A stretch of 64,000 bases of DNA from Syntrophales bacterium (GCA_963668175.1 OY764159.1:1920001-1984000), one strand, 5' to 3'; counted from the first letter of the stretch, positions 40,654 to 50,260 are shown. Made by a program: numbers and translations. The notes: generated from the letters alone by a model not told the origin.

Positions 40654-40665
40654 CTCATGCCTTTC

Positions 40666-40844
40666 TTAGCAGGCTGTTGAAAAACGCCCATCTGTCGCGT
40701 TGCGCTGCAAGCCGCGTCAATCGACATACTTCTATGTATGCCTCATTCCTTGGCTTTTGCGCGCCTTACATCTGGACATTTTTGAACAGCCTGCGTGCCC
40801 CCTGCATAGGGGGTTCAAAAGCGAGTTTTTCCACAAGCTGTTAG
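40666..40844. mobile_element. MITE-like non-autonomous element
   Basis: TTAG at both ends; imperfect terminal IRs CAGGCTGTTGAAAAAC / GTTTTTCCACAAGCTG; internal IR copy TTTTTGAACAGCCTGC; CCCCCTGCATAGGGGG hairpin; two further partial copies in the window. Confidence 0.75.
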
Positions 40845-40857
40845 AGTAACTTACAAT

Positions 40858-40886
40858 ATTAAATATCAGAAACCGCCGGTTGTCAA
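40858..40886 (-). promoter_or_regulatory. Putative sigma-70 promoter of the leader-alaC transcript
   Basis: TTGACA-N17-TTTAAT. Confidence 0.55.
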
Positions 40887-41105
40887 TTTTTTTGTGACGG
40901 CGACAAGACGCGGCGGAATGGCACGTGCTGATGACCCGTGCCCAAGTCTTGCTTGCGTTGCCGTGTACACCTACAAGTCGATGACTTTGTAAATCTTTGA
41001 GAATAATGAACATCAGTAGAAATGTTAATCTAACGTCATCGATATTCTATTTTTGCAACGCATTCTTTTTTATATATATCTTCAGATCATGTTATTGGAT
41101 AGCTT

Positions 41106-42092
41106 TCATTTTACGGTAGATTGACAATTGGTTATGTTTTCAATTGCAGCCTTGATTTCATGCTCTGCCTCATTCCATTGATTATCCCAAGTTACCCTTG
41201 AATCCGCACTAAATGCCTCTGAAGCGAGCAGTTGAATCGATTTTAGTTGTTCTTTTAAAGCCGATATAATCTTTTCTCTGTTCGTCGCAGACATGAAACA
41301 AGGGGCAAACGAATCGCCTGTGTATCCATTGCCCAAAATGCTAACAACAGAACGTACTGTTTCAACTCTCTTTAATCCCTTGAATAGCTTGTCTAGATTA
41401 CGCTCTAAAGGTTTTATGTAGAGATCGCCCTCAGAATCATTAGATGTATAAAAGCTGCTAAGTGAATATCCAGCACTTGCTCTTACCTCTGAATTCGGAT
41501 CATTCGCTATTATATTGATTATCATGGGCACGAAGCGATTTGGCTTACCCCTTAGGAAAAATGCTGCCGTCTCCCTGACAGCGGGAGACTTATCTTTTAA
41601 CCCAAGCTCATTGTATTTATCCCTATCCTCACGCAACTGAAGATTGATTTTATGTAAGGCTTCTTGCCTAGCTTTTCCTGTTTTTCCATGAATGAACTTT
41701 ACAGTCTGGTCTTTAGCCGTAGATGGATCAACTTTTAGGTAGACGCAATAAACGCTGTAATTGTCTGACAAAGCTTTTTGTGCGTCGTCGTATAATTTTA
41801 CTCCGATACTTTCGTTAAACGTCTGACCACGTTCTATCCTGACAAATTTAAATTCGCATTTTGATGATGGTCTTCTAAGTTCAATAACTGAATATTCGCT
41901 TTCTGAACGGATTATTTTGTATGATGCCTTTTTGCATTCCTCTATACTTATTTTGTCTTTATCAAGAACAATGAATGATGACTGGCAGCCTCGTGAAAAG
42001 CCTTGATAGACGCCAAAGAAGGTATCCGTTGATCCTGCATAACAGGTAAGAGGCATGAAAACCAAACAACAAAAGATAATGTATTTTTTCAT
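41106..42092 (-). CDS. AT-rich exported protein with HEAT-like repeats
   Basis: Signal peptide MKKYIIFCCLVFMPLTCYA; LKDKSPAVRETAA and NDPNSEVRASAG repeats. Confidence 0.7.
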   Translation of the reverse strand: MKKYIIFCCLVFMPLTCYAGSTDTFFGVYQGFSRGCQSSFIVLDKDKISIEECKKASYKIIRSESEYSVIELRRPSSKCEFKFVRIERGQTFNESIGVKLYDDAQKALSDNYSVYCVYLKVDPSTAKDQTVKFIHGKTGKARQEALHKINLQLREDRDKYNELGLKDKSPAVRETAAFFLRGKPNRFVPMIINIIANDPNSEVRASAGYSLSSFYTSNDSEGDLYIKPLERNLDKLFKGLKRVETVRSVVSILGNGYTGDSFAPCFMSATNREKIISALKEQLKSIQLLASEAFSADSRVTWDNQWNEAEHEIKAAIENITNCQSTVK

Positions 42093-42442
42093 GGCAATAC
42101 TCTTATTAACGCTGATCGAAGATTTCCATAAACAGACTTGAAGCATTTCGTTGGTTGCAGATGAAATATCCTTTACTCATGAAAGACTGAAAATTCAATA
42201 GCAAAAAATATTAGCAAAAATATTAGAGTGCTGTTTCGGAATGGACTGAATTAGCAAGAGACTCAGTGCATGGCTATTTAAGAATACTATTTGAAAGGTT
42301 CTACGCCAGTTGTTAAACCATGTTTATTGAGTATAGGAAGAAAGTAATGAATGTGCCATCGCCGCCGCAATCGCTGTCAAGGTTATCCCGCTTAAAGAAA
42401 ACGCGGACGTTCCTTGCTCCGGCCTGCCGGCCCCGCTTCTCC

Positions 42443-42627
42443 TTACCGGCCCGGGCCTTCGCCGTAGACGGCGCATTCGAGGAACGCCTTGGCTGCGGAG
42501 GTCATGTACTTGTCCTTCCTGTAGGCGAAATAGAAATCCCTCGTCATGTCGACGCCGTCAAGGCGCAGCGATTTGATCACGCCCGGATGTTCTTCGCGGG
42601 CGATCGCCGCCCGGGAGATGGCGGAGA
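42443..42627 (-). repeat. 185-bp diverged duplicate of the LysR gene 3' end (44151-44335)
   Basis: Colinear, ungapped, mostly third-position differences; includes the stop codon. Confidence 0.9.
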
Positions 42628-42696
42628 CGACCGATCCCGGGAGCAGGCAGCGACGAAGGCCGCCAAATTTTCACATTGCGCCCGCTTGCGACCGCA

Positions 42697-43713
42697 TTAC
42701 AGGAAGTTCTTGTAATCCGCCCAGTTCTCTTCCAGAAGCTTCGGCGTATCCAGTCCATAAGGGCAATGATCGCTGCAATGGTCGCAATGAATGCAGTCGT
42801 CGATCTTCTTCATCTTTTCCTTCCATTCGTCGTTCAGATAGATGGATACGGGCGCGCGGCGGATCATGAGCGACATCCGGGCCGACGTGGGAATATCGAT
42901 TTCGGCGGGGCAGGGCAGGCAATAACCGCAGCCCCGGCAGAAATTCCCGCCAAGTTCGTCACGGTCCTTTTTAATCACCGCCTTCAGTTTCTTCGTCAGG
43001 GACGGCGGATGATCGATATACCGGATGAACTCGTCCAATTCCTTCTCCCTTTGTACGCCCCAAATCGGCAGGACGTGATCGTATTGTGCCAGGTAGGCAT
43101 AAGCAGCCGCCGAGTCGGCGATAAGGCCGCCGGCCAGGGATTTCATGGCGATGAATCCGATCCCTTTTTTCTTGCAAAGATTGACCAGGGCAAGGTCCTT
43201 CTTCGCGGCCAGGTAGCTGAAAGGAAACTGGATGGTCTCGTACAATCCGGACTCGGCGGCCTCCAGCGCGACGGGAAGACGATGATTCGTGATGCCGATG
43301 TGTCTGATCATCTTTTTCTTCTTCGCCTCCAGCATCGCCTCGTATAAGCCCGTGCCGTCGCCGGGCTTCGGACAGGATTTGGGATTATGGAACTGATAGA
43401 TATCGAGATAGTCCGTCTTTAATAATTGCAGGGATGTATGGAGCTGGTCCCAGAACTCCTCCGTCTTGGTGCACATGGTCTTGGTGGCGATGAAGACGTG
43501 TTTTCGCACGTCGCTCAGGGCATAACCCAGCTTTTCCTCGCTGTCGGTATAAAACCTGGCCGTGTCGAAAAACGTGATGCCGCTCCGGTACGCCTTCTTC
43601 AATAACAGCGCCGCATCTTCCCTATCGATCCGCTGTATCGGAAGCGCACCGAAACCGTTCTTGTTCACCGTAATTCCTGTCCTGCCCAATGTTACCTGAT
43701 CCATAGTCGTCAT
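42697..43713 (-). CDS. Aldo/keto reductase with C-terminal 4Fe-4S domain
   Basis: GFGALP, FFDTARFY, DYLDIYQFH, CRGCGYCLPCP, CIHCDHCSDHCP. Confidence 0.92.
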   Translation of the reverse strand: MTTMDQVTLGRTGITVNKNGFGALPIQRIDREDAALLLKKAYRSGITFFDTARFYTDSEEKLGYALSDVRKHVFIATKTMCTKTEEFWDQLHTSLQLLKTDYLDIYQFHNPKSCPKPGDGTGLYEAMLEAKKKKMIRHIGITNHRLPVALEAAESGLYETIQFPFSYLAAKKDLALVNLCKKKGIGFIAMKSLAGGLIADSAAAYAYLAQYDHVLPIWGVQREKELDEFIRYIDHPPSLTKKLKAVIKKDRDELGGNFCRGCGYCLPCPAEIDIPTSARMSLMIRRAPVSIYLNDEWKEKMKKIDDCIHCDHCSDHCPYGLDTPKLLEENWADYKNFL

Positions 43714-44150
43714 TTTCCTCTGTGTGATAAGAAATAAAATTCGCGCCCCCGGTTTGTTCGATCATAACGCCGGAAAATACCGGGGCGGCTGTCCTTCCGG
43801 CATGCAACGCGGGTATTCCGGCGCCGTTATTATTACATCATTCGCATCCGCTTTGCATGCTTTTCAATCGGTCTTTTCCGTTCAGGGGATGTCCTGTTCC
43901 CATGAAATGCAGTCAGCGGCGGATCGCCGGGGATATAGTATTATCCCCGGAACAACCGCATGCCGAGAGAAGTTTGCCGCGGCTTTCTTCCTGCCGGAGA
44001 CGGATTTTTTGCCGAAGACGTTTTCCTGCGGCATCGCGATGCAGGCATTCCCCGAGACGCCGATTCGGCCTGTTCGGAAGTTGGCCGAATCTTGCCGCCA
44101 TGCTGAACGCTTTCAGCGGAAAGGCGAATCATGTCTCGTGCCGCCGCGTC

Positions 44151-45050
44151 CTACCGGCCCGGGCCTTCGCCGTAGACGGCGCATTCGAGGAAAGCCTTGG
44201 CCGCGGAGGTCATGTACTTGTCCTTCCTGTGGGCGAAGTAGAAATCCCGCGTCATGTCGACGCCGTCGAGGCGCAGCGATTTGATTACGCCCAGATGTTC
44301 TTCCCGCGCGATCGCCGCCCGCGAGATAATGGAGATGCCCAGGCCGGACTCGACGGCCTTCTTCACCGCCTCCGTGTGGCCGAACTCGATGCAGTTCTTA
44401 AGGACGACCCCCGCCCGGCCAAGCCTCTCTTCGACGATGCGCCTCGTTCCCGAGCCGCGCTGGGAGATGATGAAGGGCTGCGCCGCGAGGGCGTGGGGCT
44501 CGACGGCGTCTTTCCGCGCCCAGGCGTGTCCTGCCGGGACGATCAGCACCAGCTCGTCCTTCATGAACGCGCCGGAACGGAGTTTCCCGTCGGCGACGGG
44601 GGCCCCGAGGAAGCCGATGTCGATGGCGTTGTCGAGGATCATGTCCGCGACCTGGCGGTTCAGGACGATGTCGAGGCTCAGTTCGATGCGGGGATGGAGG
44701 TGCCTGAACCGGCTCATGATCCCGGGCAGGATGTAGATGCCCAGTGTGATGCTCGCGCCGATCCTGAGCGACCCGCGCTCGAACCCCTGGAGTTCGTCGA
44801 TCTCGACCTTCGACTGGTCGATGGCGTTGAAGATCGTCTCCGTCCGGGCGTAAAGGACCTCGCCCGCCTCCGTGAGGACGACCTTCTTGCCCAGGCGGTC
44901 GAAGAGCCTGACGCCGTAGTAATCCTCCAGGTCCTTGATGTGCTTGCTGATCCCCGGCTGCGTGAGAAAGAGGGCCTCGGCGGCGCGGGTGAAGCTCTGA
45001 AGCTTCGCCGCCACGTGGAACACCTTGAGCTGGTTCAGGTTGACATCCAT
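44151..45050 (-). CDS. LysR family transcriptional regulator (CysL-like)
   Basis: SFTRAAEALFLTQPGIS HTH, IGASIT, QRGSGTR, EAVKKAVESGLG. Confidence 0.94.
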   Translation of the reverse strand: MDVNLNQLKVFHVAAKLQSFTRAAEALFLTQPGISKHIKDLEDYYGVRLFDRLGKKVVLTEAGEVLYARTETIFNAIDQSKVEIDELQGFERGSLRIGASITLGIYILPGIMSRFRHLHPRIELSLDIVLNRQVADMILDNAIDIGFLGAPVADGKLRSGAFMKDELVLIVPAGHAWARKDAVEPHALAAQPFIISQRGSGTRRIVEERLGRAGVVLKNCIEFGHTEAVKKAVESGLGISIISRAAIAREEHLGVIKSLRLDGVDMTRDFYFAHRKDKYMTSAAKAFLECAVYGEGPGR

Positions 45051-45063
45051 AATTTATCCTTAT
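45049..45063. promoter_or_regulatory. LysR box (T-N11-A dyad)
   Basis: ATAA-TTTATCC-TTAT overlapping the LysR start, in the divergent AT-rich gap. Confidence 0.55.
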
Positions 45064-45143
45064 GGTTATAATTATAATAATTCATTTGATTTATATCATG
45101 CAGGCGCTCATGGTATCAATTAAAAAAAGAGGAGGTGGGCGTT

Positions 45144-45590
45144 ATGAACAAAGCGGAAAAAACGGCCGATTTGCATCGAAACGGCGGCTTGAGCTGTTCC
45201 CAGGCGTTGCTGACCGTTTTCGGGGAAGCGTACGGTATCGATCCGGACAAGGCGAGAATCCTTGGCCGGACGCTGGCGGGCGGTATCGGAGGGCAGGGGG
45301 AAGTCTGCGGGTACGTCACGTCGGCGCTTTTGATCCTGGCCCACGCCTGTAACGATCCGGACGAAGCGCAGGCGAGAAAGCAGACCCATCCCGCCGTCGA
45401 ATCCCTGCTCCGTCAGTTCCGGGAGCGGCGCGGAACCCTGCTGTGCAAGGAACTTCTGGGCGCGGACTTCGGCACGCCGGAGGGGAAAAAGAAGATCGTC
45501 GAGGAAAAACTGGTCGCCGGGAAGTGCCATTGCGGCGGCGGAATCGCTCACGATGCGGCCGCCATCCTGGAATCGCTGCTGCCCGGGTGA
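45144..45590 (+). CDS. C-GCAxxG-C-C family putative redox protein
   Basis: SCSQA, GGIG..GEVCG, LCKELLG, KC. Confidence 0.88.
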   Translation: MNKAEKTADLHRNGGLSCSQALLTVFGEAYGIDPDKARILGRTLAGGIGGQGEVCGYVTSALLILAHACNDPDEAQARKQTHPAVESLLRQFRERRGTLLCKELLGADFGTPEGKKKIVEEKLVAGKCHCGGGIAHDAAAILESLLPG

Positions 45591-45774
45591 TGCCTCCCGT
45601 CTACGACCGAGAAGGCTGTCCTGCGGGTTATCGTGACTCGTATTGCGGGGTCGCCGCCGTCCGAACGGGGTGGACTTCCCGCCGGCACCCCGGCCGGCGA
45701 ACGGAAAATGCGAGGGGACTGCGCGAAAGAAGACATTCGCGCAGCCTCCCGAACGTGTACGGGTTTAGGGTTTG

Positions 45775-46344
45775 TCAGAAGAGATGGATGGCCGTCGGCG
45801 CCAGGAAACCCACAAGACTGAGAATGACGGCCACGATGCCGAGTCCTCCGGAGATCCAGATCAAGGCGGCCACGCCGGTGATAATCTGCGCCGAAGCGAG
45901 GACGATGGCGATCTGCAGGGCCGCCGAAGACAGCTCGTAATAGTGATACGAGGCCATGGCGCGGACACGGTTCTTTTCGGCCTCTTTCGCCCGCACGGCC
46001 AGCTCCTTGCGCCCCTCCCTGGTTTCCGGTTCCGAATCGTAGGTTGCCGCAACCTTCCTCCAGTCTTCAACCCGCTTCTTGAGCGCTTCCGCTTTGGCCG
46101 GGTTCTTTTCGTGCTTCAAGTCGACGTCGGCGGCGTCCGCGGCGGTCCGCAGCGTCGTCATGCGAATCGTCTTCGCCTGAAAGAACGCCCAAAGGTTGGA
46201 TGCTTCGATGTTGTAGCTGAGCGCCGACGTTTGGGCGCTCTTGGCGAAGGTTTCGCTCAGCGCCAGAAAAAGCGCCAGAACGGATATGAGCAATGCAATT
46301 TTCTTGTTGGCCGGATCGACATGGCCGGCACCGTGCCCTGACAT
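45775..46344 (-). CDS. DUF4337 family membrane protein
   Basis: NKKIALLISVLA, ASNLWAFFQAKTIR, ALQIAIVLASA; GGAGG RBS. Confidence 0.8.
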   Translation of the reverse strand: MSGHGAGHVDPANKKIALLISVLALFLALSETFAKSAQTSALSYNIEASNLWAFFQAKTIRMTTLRTAADAADVDLKHEKNPAKAEALKKRVEDWRKVAATYDSEPETREGRKELAVRAKEAEKNRVRAMASYHYYELSSAALQIAIVLASAQIITGVAALIWISGGLGIVAVILSLVGFLAPTAIHLF

Positions 46345-46599
46345 AGATACCTCCTTTTTCGCATCGGGGACGCGATGTCTTTTGAATAATCTTGAATGAC
46401 GATTGCTTTCGACGGCGGGATTATAGGCGGGGGCGTGTTTCCTGTCAAAGTAAATCTATCGCACAAAACATCCGGCGGAAAGAGACATGCTATTGACATG
46501 CGCACGCTCTCTTCATATACTGCCCACGACGAACAAGCGGATGACGCGGTATCGAGGAATCCGGGCATTCCCTTTCGGGGGGCCCGCCGGGAGGACGGT

Positions 46600-47970
46600 A
46601 TGGTCGGCAATCTCAGGGAAGGCCGGTGCCTGGCGATAGCGGCGCAGGCGATCCTGCTCTCTCTTCTTTTTCAGCTGGCAGGGTGCGAAAACGTATCCAA
46701 TTATCTCGGCTACATGTCGCGAAAGAGCACGCTGTCCAACACGTTTCACGACCGCCCGAGCCTCCAGGTGCTGCGGGACCTTGCCCCGGAGAATTGCTAT
46801 TCCCTGGACGGGACGATCGAGGCGGAGAATTTTTTTGAAGAGCCCGTTCTCGTCGTCGCCGTTTCCGACCGGTACCAGTCCCGCGAGATCGTCGCCTCCC
46901 GTATCGTCCGCGCCCCGGCGCTCTACTATTCCATCTTTCTTCCCGAAGGCGATTACGACATTTATATCTTCGCCGATCTGAACAAGAACGGCATATTCGA
47001 ACAAAACGAGCTTGTCGGCCGGACGGCGCCCGGCAAGCCCGTTACCGTCGCCAGGGGCAGGGCGGTGGATAATATCCTGGTCAACGGCCCGCCTATTAAG
47101 CTGGACCTCCGCCGGCCGGCGACGGCGGACATTCCCGTAAACGCTCCGGTTGCCGTGTCGGGCTACCGGTACGACTCCCTCGACAACGATTTCTTCGACG
47201 CCCGCTGGGGAACCATGGGCATCTACCGGCCGACGGAATTCCTGGCCCACACGCAGGGCGCGTTTTTCGCGCTGGACGAATACGATCCCGACAAGACGAT
47301 GGTCCTCTTTGTCCACGGCGTCGAAGGCACGCCGCAGGACTGGAAATACCTCGTCGAGGGCCTCGACCGGAAGCGTTTCCAGCCGTGGTTCTATTTCTAC
47401 GCGTCGGGACTTCCTCTCGACAAGCTGGGATCGATCCTGGGCGGCTCCATCGAGGTCTTCGACGAACTCAGGGAATACCGCCTGAAGCGTCTGGTCATCG
47501 TGGCCCACAGCATGGGCGGCCTCGTGGCGCGCTCGGCCATCGACAAGGTCTGCCGGAACGGCAAACCGCCCTATCTCAAGATGTATATCTCCCTGTCGTC
47601 GCCGTACGGCGGCGTCGAGGACGCGAACGAGGGGATCAAGACCGCGCCCGTCGTCGTCCCGTCCTGGCGCGACGTGGCGACGGAGAGCCTTTTCCTTCAG
47701 AACATCTACCAGCGCGACCTGCCGCCCGACGTGCCCTTCCACATGTTCTTCGGCTACCGCAACAAGTCTGGGGTGAGCAGCGACGGCACGATCACCCTGC
47801 GGAGCCAGCTCGACTACCGGGTCCATCTGAAGGCCGTCAAGACCTACGGCTTCGACGTCACCCATGTCGGCATCCTGAACGACGAGGCCGTGCGCAAGGA
47901 GTTCTACCGGCTTCTCGATACCGTCGCGCCTCGGGAACGTTCGGCGGGCAATCCGGGAGGTGCGAAATGA
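46600..47970 (+). CDS. Lipoprotein alpha/beta hydrolase (lipase/PGAP1-like)
   Basis: Lipobox LAGC; FVHG, AHSMGG, SDG, HVGIL. Confidence 0.82.
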   Translation: MVGNLREGRCLAIAAQAILLSLLFQLAGCENVSNYLGYMSRKSTLSNTFHDRPSLQVLRDLAPENCYSLDGTIEAENFFEEPVLVVAVSDRYQSREIVASRIVRAPALYYSIFLPEGDYDIYIFADLNKNGIFEQNELVGRTAPGKPVTVARGRAVDNILVNGPPIKLDLRRPATADIPVNAPVAVSGYRYDSLDNDFFDARWGTMGIYRPTEFLAHTQGAFFALDEYDPDKTMVLFVHGVEGTPQDWKYLVEGLDRKRFQPWFYFYASGLPLDKLGSILGGSIEVFDELREYRLKRLVIVAHSMGGLVARSAIDKVCRNGKPPYLKMYISLSSPYGGVEDANEGIKTAPVVVPSWRDVATESLFLQNIYQRDLPPDVPFHMFFGYRNKSGVSSDGTITLRSQLDYRVHLKAVKTYGFDVTHVGILNDEAVRKEFYRLLDTVAPRERSAGNPGGAK

Positions 47971-49160
47971 AGAAGCGGTTCATCGTCCTGTGCCTGATTC
48001 TTGCGGCGGCGGCCGCCCCGGCGGCGGGGCAGGATAATGCCGTGCCGCGAAACGGACAAGCGGCCGTGCGGGAGGCCGAGCGGGTGACGATGGCGTTCAT
48101 CGGGCCTCTCAGCGGGCCGTATCGACAGGTCGGGAAGGAGGCGGCGCAGGTCCTCAGGCTTCTCGTCGCCGACGTCAACGCGAAGGGCGGCGTCCTCGGG
48201 CGGCCGGTGGAGGTGTTCTACGCCGACGACGGGGACGATCCCGGAAAGGCGTTGCAGGCAGGGAAGGCCATGGTCGGCCGGGGGATCGTTGCGGCCGTCG
48301 GCTCCCTGCAATCGGGCGCGACGGCGGCGCTCCAGGGCGTCTTCAACGACGCGAAGATCGTCCATGTCTCGTACGGTTCGACGGCGCCGTCCCTCACGGA
48401 GAAGGGTTACCGGTACTTCTTCCGCACGTGCCCCCAGGACAACGAACAGGCCAGGGTCGTCGCGAACCGGATTCGCCGGGCGGGGGTCAAGAAAGCGGCC
48501 CTCCTCCACGACGGGAGTCTCTACGGCAGGGAGCTGGCGGACAGAATCGGCAAATACCTTTTCGATTTCATGATCGACGTGGTCTACCAGGGCGCCCTGA
48601 CGCCGGGGCGGGCGGACTATGCGCCGGAGCTTGCGAAGGTCAGGGCGGCGGGGCCGGAGGTGCTCTTCTATGGGGGCTACTACCCCGAGGCGGCGGCGCT
48701 TCTTAAAAGCCGGGAACGGATGCAGTGGGACGCCGTCTTCGTGGGCGGCGACGGCACGGACAATCCGGAACTCGTCCGGCTTGCCGGCCGGAAGGCCGCC
48801 GAGGGCTTCTACTTCATCGGCGCGCCCGCGCCTTCGGACCTCAAGTCGACCAGGGCGAAATCGTTCCTTGCCCGCTACCGGGAGGCCTACGGGGAAGACC
48901 TTACGTCCGTCCATGCCCTTTTTGCCGGCGACGCCTTTCTGGCCCTCGTGGCCGCCGTCGAAAAGACGGGGACGACCGCGGCGGAAAAGGTGGCCGATTA
49001 CCTCCACCGGACCTACGTCAATCCCGCGGGACTGACGGGAAACCTCTACTTCGATTACAAGGGCGACGTCGTGGGAGACCTCCAGGCCGTCTACAGGATC
49101 GACGCCGAAGGCCGCAGCGTCCTGCAAAGGTTCATGGAAAAGGGTCGGTCCGTCGAGTGA
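47967..49160 (+). CDS. Branched-chain amino-acid ABC-type substrate-binding protein (LivJ/K-like)
   Basis: Signal peptide; GPLSG, NAKGGVLG, YFFRTCP, YGGYY; ATGA overlap with the upstream gene. Confidence 0.9.
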   Translation: MKKRFIVLCLILAAAAAPAAGQDNAVPRNGQAAVREAERVTMAFIGPLSGPYRQVGKEAAQVLRLLVADVNAKGGVLGRPVEVFYADDGDDPGKALQAGKAMVGRGIVAAVGSLQSGATAALQGVFNDAKIVHVSYGSTAPSLTEKGYRYFFRTCPQDNEQARVVANRIRRAGVKKAALLHDGSLYGRELADRIGKYLFDFMIDVVYQGALTPGRADYAPELAKVRAAGPEVLFYGGYYPEAAALLKSRERMQWDAVFVGGDGTDNPELVRLAGRKAAEGFYFIGAPAPSDLKSTRAKSFLARYREAYGEDLTSVHALFAGDAFLALVAAVEKTGTTAAEKVADYLHRTYVNPAGLTGNLYFDYKGDVVGDLQAVYRIDAEGRSVLQRFMEKGRSVE

Positions 49161-49287
49161 AGAGACATGCCTTCCGCCAGGTCGGTGTGCGGCGCTTTGC
49201 CGAAGCGAGAGATTATACCTACCGTTTCACTGCCTAAAATATATTATAACAATATTAAGCATGTGATAATGTCTGTAGCGAAAAATC

Positions 49288-49495
49288 TGTAAAATAAACC
49301 GACATTGCCATTCTTTCTTACATCCCCTGCTCTATCTGAAAATATCAATATAATAGTATGGTTAGTAAGGAAGCACGCACGTTCCGGGTCGCCGGGATGT
49401 AAAGAGATATTACACAAATGCGAAGGTGCAAGACAGGTCGAATCTTAATTAAACGTTTATAATCGAGGAGTTATTTGATTGGTACTGTTTGTGCT
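49288..49495 (+). promoter_or_regulatory. Enhancer boxes plus sigma-54 promoter of the PEP-CTERM gene
   Basis: TGTAAAATAAACCGACA (49288-49304), TGTAAAGAGATATTACA (49398-49414), TTGGTACTGTTTGTGCT (49479-49495; GG-N10-GC). Confidence 0.7.
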
Positions 49496-49602
49496 CCAAG
49501 TTATCGTTATCATCGGCGCGACGTGCCGAGAAAAGGGAGGGGCTTTCGAGGCCGCTCGAAGCTCTCGATAAAACAGATAATCACCGAAAAAGGAGCATAG
49601 AC

Positions 49603-50238
49603 ATGAAAAAGGTAATTGTCGTGTGTATCATGATCTGCCTGGCGCTGTGCGGTCAGGCTTCTGCAGCGTCTCTCAGCCCGACGGACGACGCCTATGTCCT
49701 CAGCAAGTACCCCACCACCGTCACCGGCAACAGCGAAACGTTCAGCATAGGTGCGACGGCCGCATCCGGTTATATAAGGACGTTTTTGAAGTTCGATTTG
49801 ACGGGTTATACAAATATTGAATCAGCGACATTATGGCTGTATAACTTTTACGGTGCCACCGGTACGCCGGTTACCGTAAGCGTTTATTCGGCTTCAAACG
49901 CCTGGAGCGAGACGACGCTGACTTATAATAATCAGCCTGCTTATTCAGGCGCCCCTGTTAACGCTACACTGGGCATCACGGGCGGTTGGTTTTCATGGGA
50001 TGTCGGTTCGTTGGCGCAAGCTGCGGCCGGGAATCAATTATCTTTGGCTATGATTATGCAACTGGGGGGATACGGATCGCAGAATTTTTATTCCGACGAA
50101 TATACCGGCAATATCGCTCTCAGACCTTATCTTGACGTAACCGCTGCCGCACCCGTTCCGGAGCCTGCGACCATGCTGCTCCTCGGCCTCGGTCTGGCCG
50201 GCATTGCGTTAGCGAGGAAGTCTAAGAAAAGATCATGA
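49603..50238 (+). CDS. PEP-CTERM protein with DNRLRE/CBM96-like domain
   Basis: Signal peptide; DDAYV, FLKFDL, WSETTLTYNNQP; VPEPATMLLLGLGLAG + RKSKKRS. Confidence 0.9.
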   Translation: MKKVIVVCIMICLALCGQASAASLSPTDDAYVLSKYPTTVTGNSETFSIGATAASGYIRTFLKFDLTGYTNIESATLWLYNFYGATGTPVTVSVYSASNAWSETTLTYNNQPAYSGAPVNATLGITGGWFSWDVGSLAQAAAGNQLSLAMIMQLGGYGSQNFYSDEYTGNIALRPYLDVTAAAPVPEPATMLLLGLGLAGIALARKSKKRS

Positions 50239-50260
50239 AACAAGGGATTGACGACATGCT

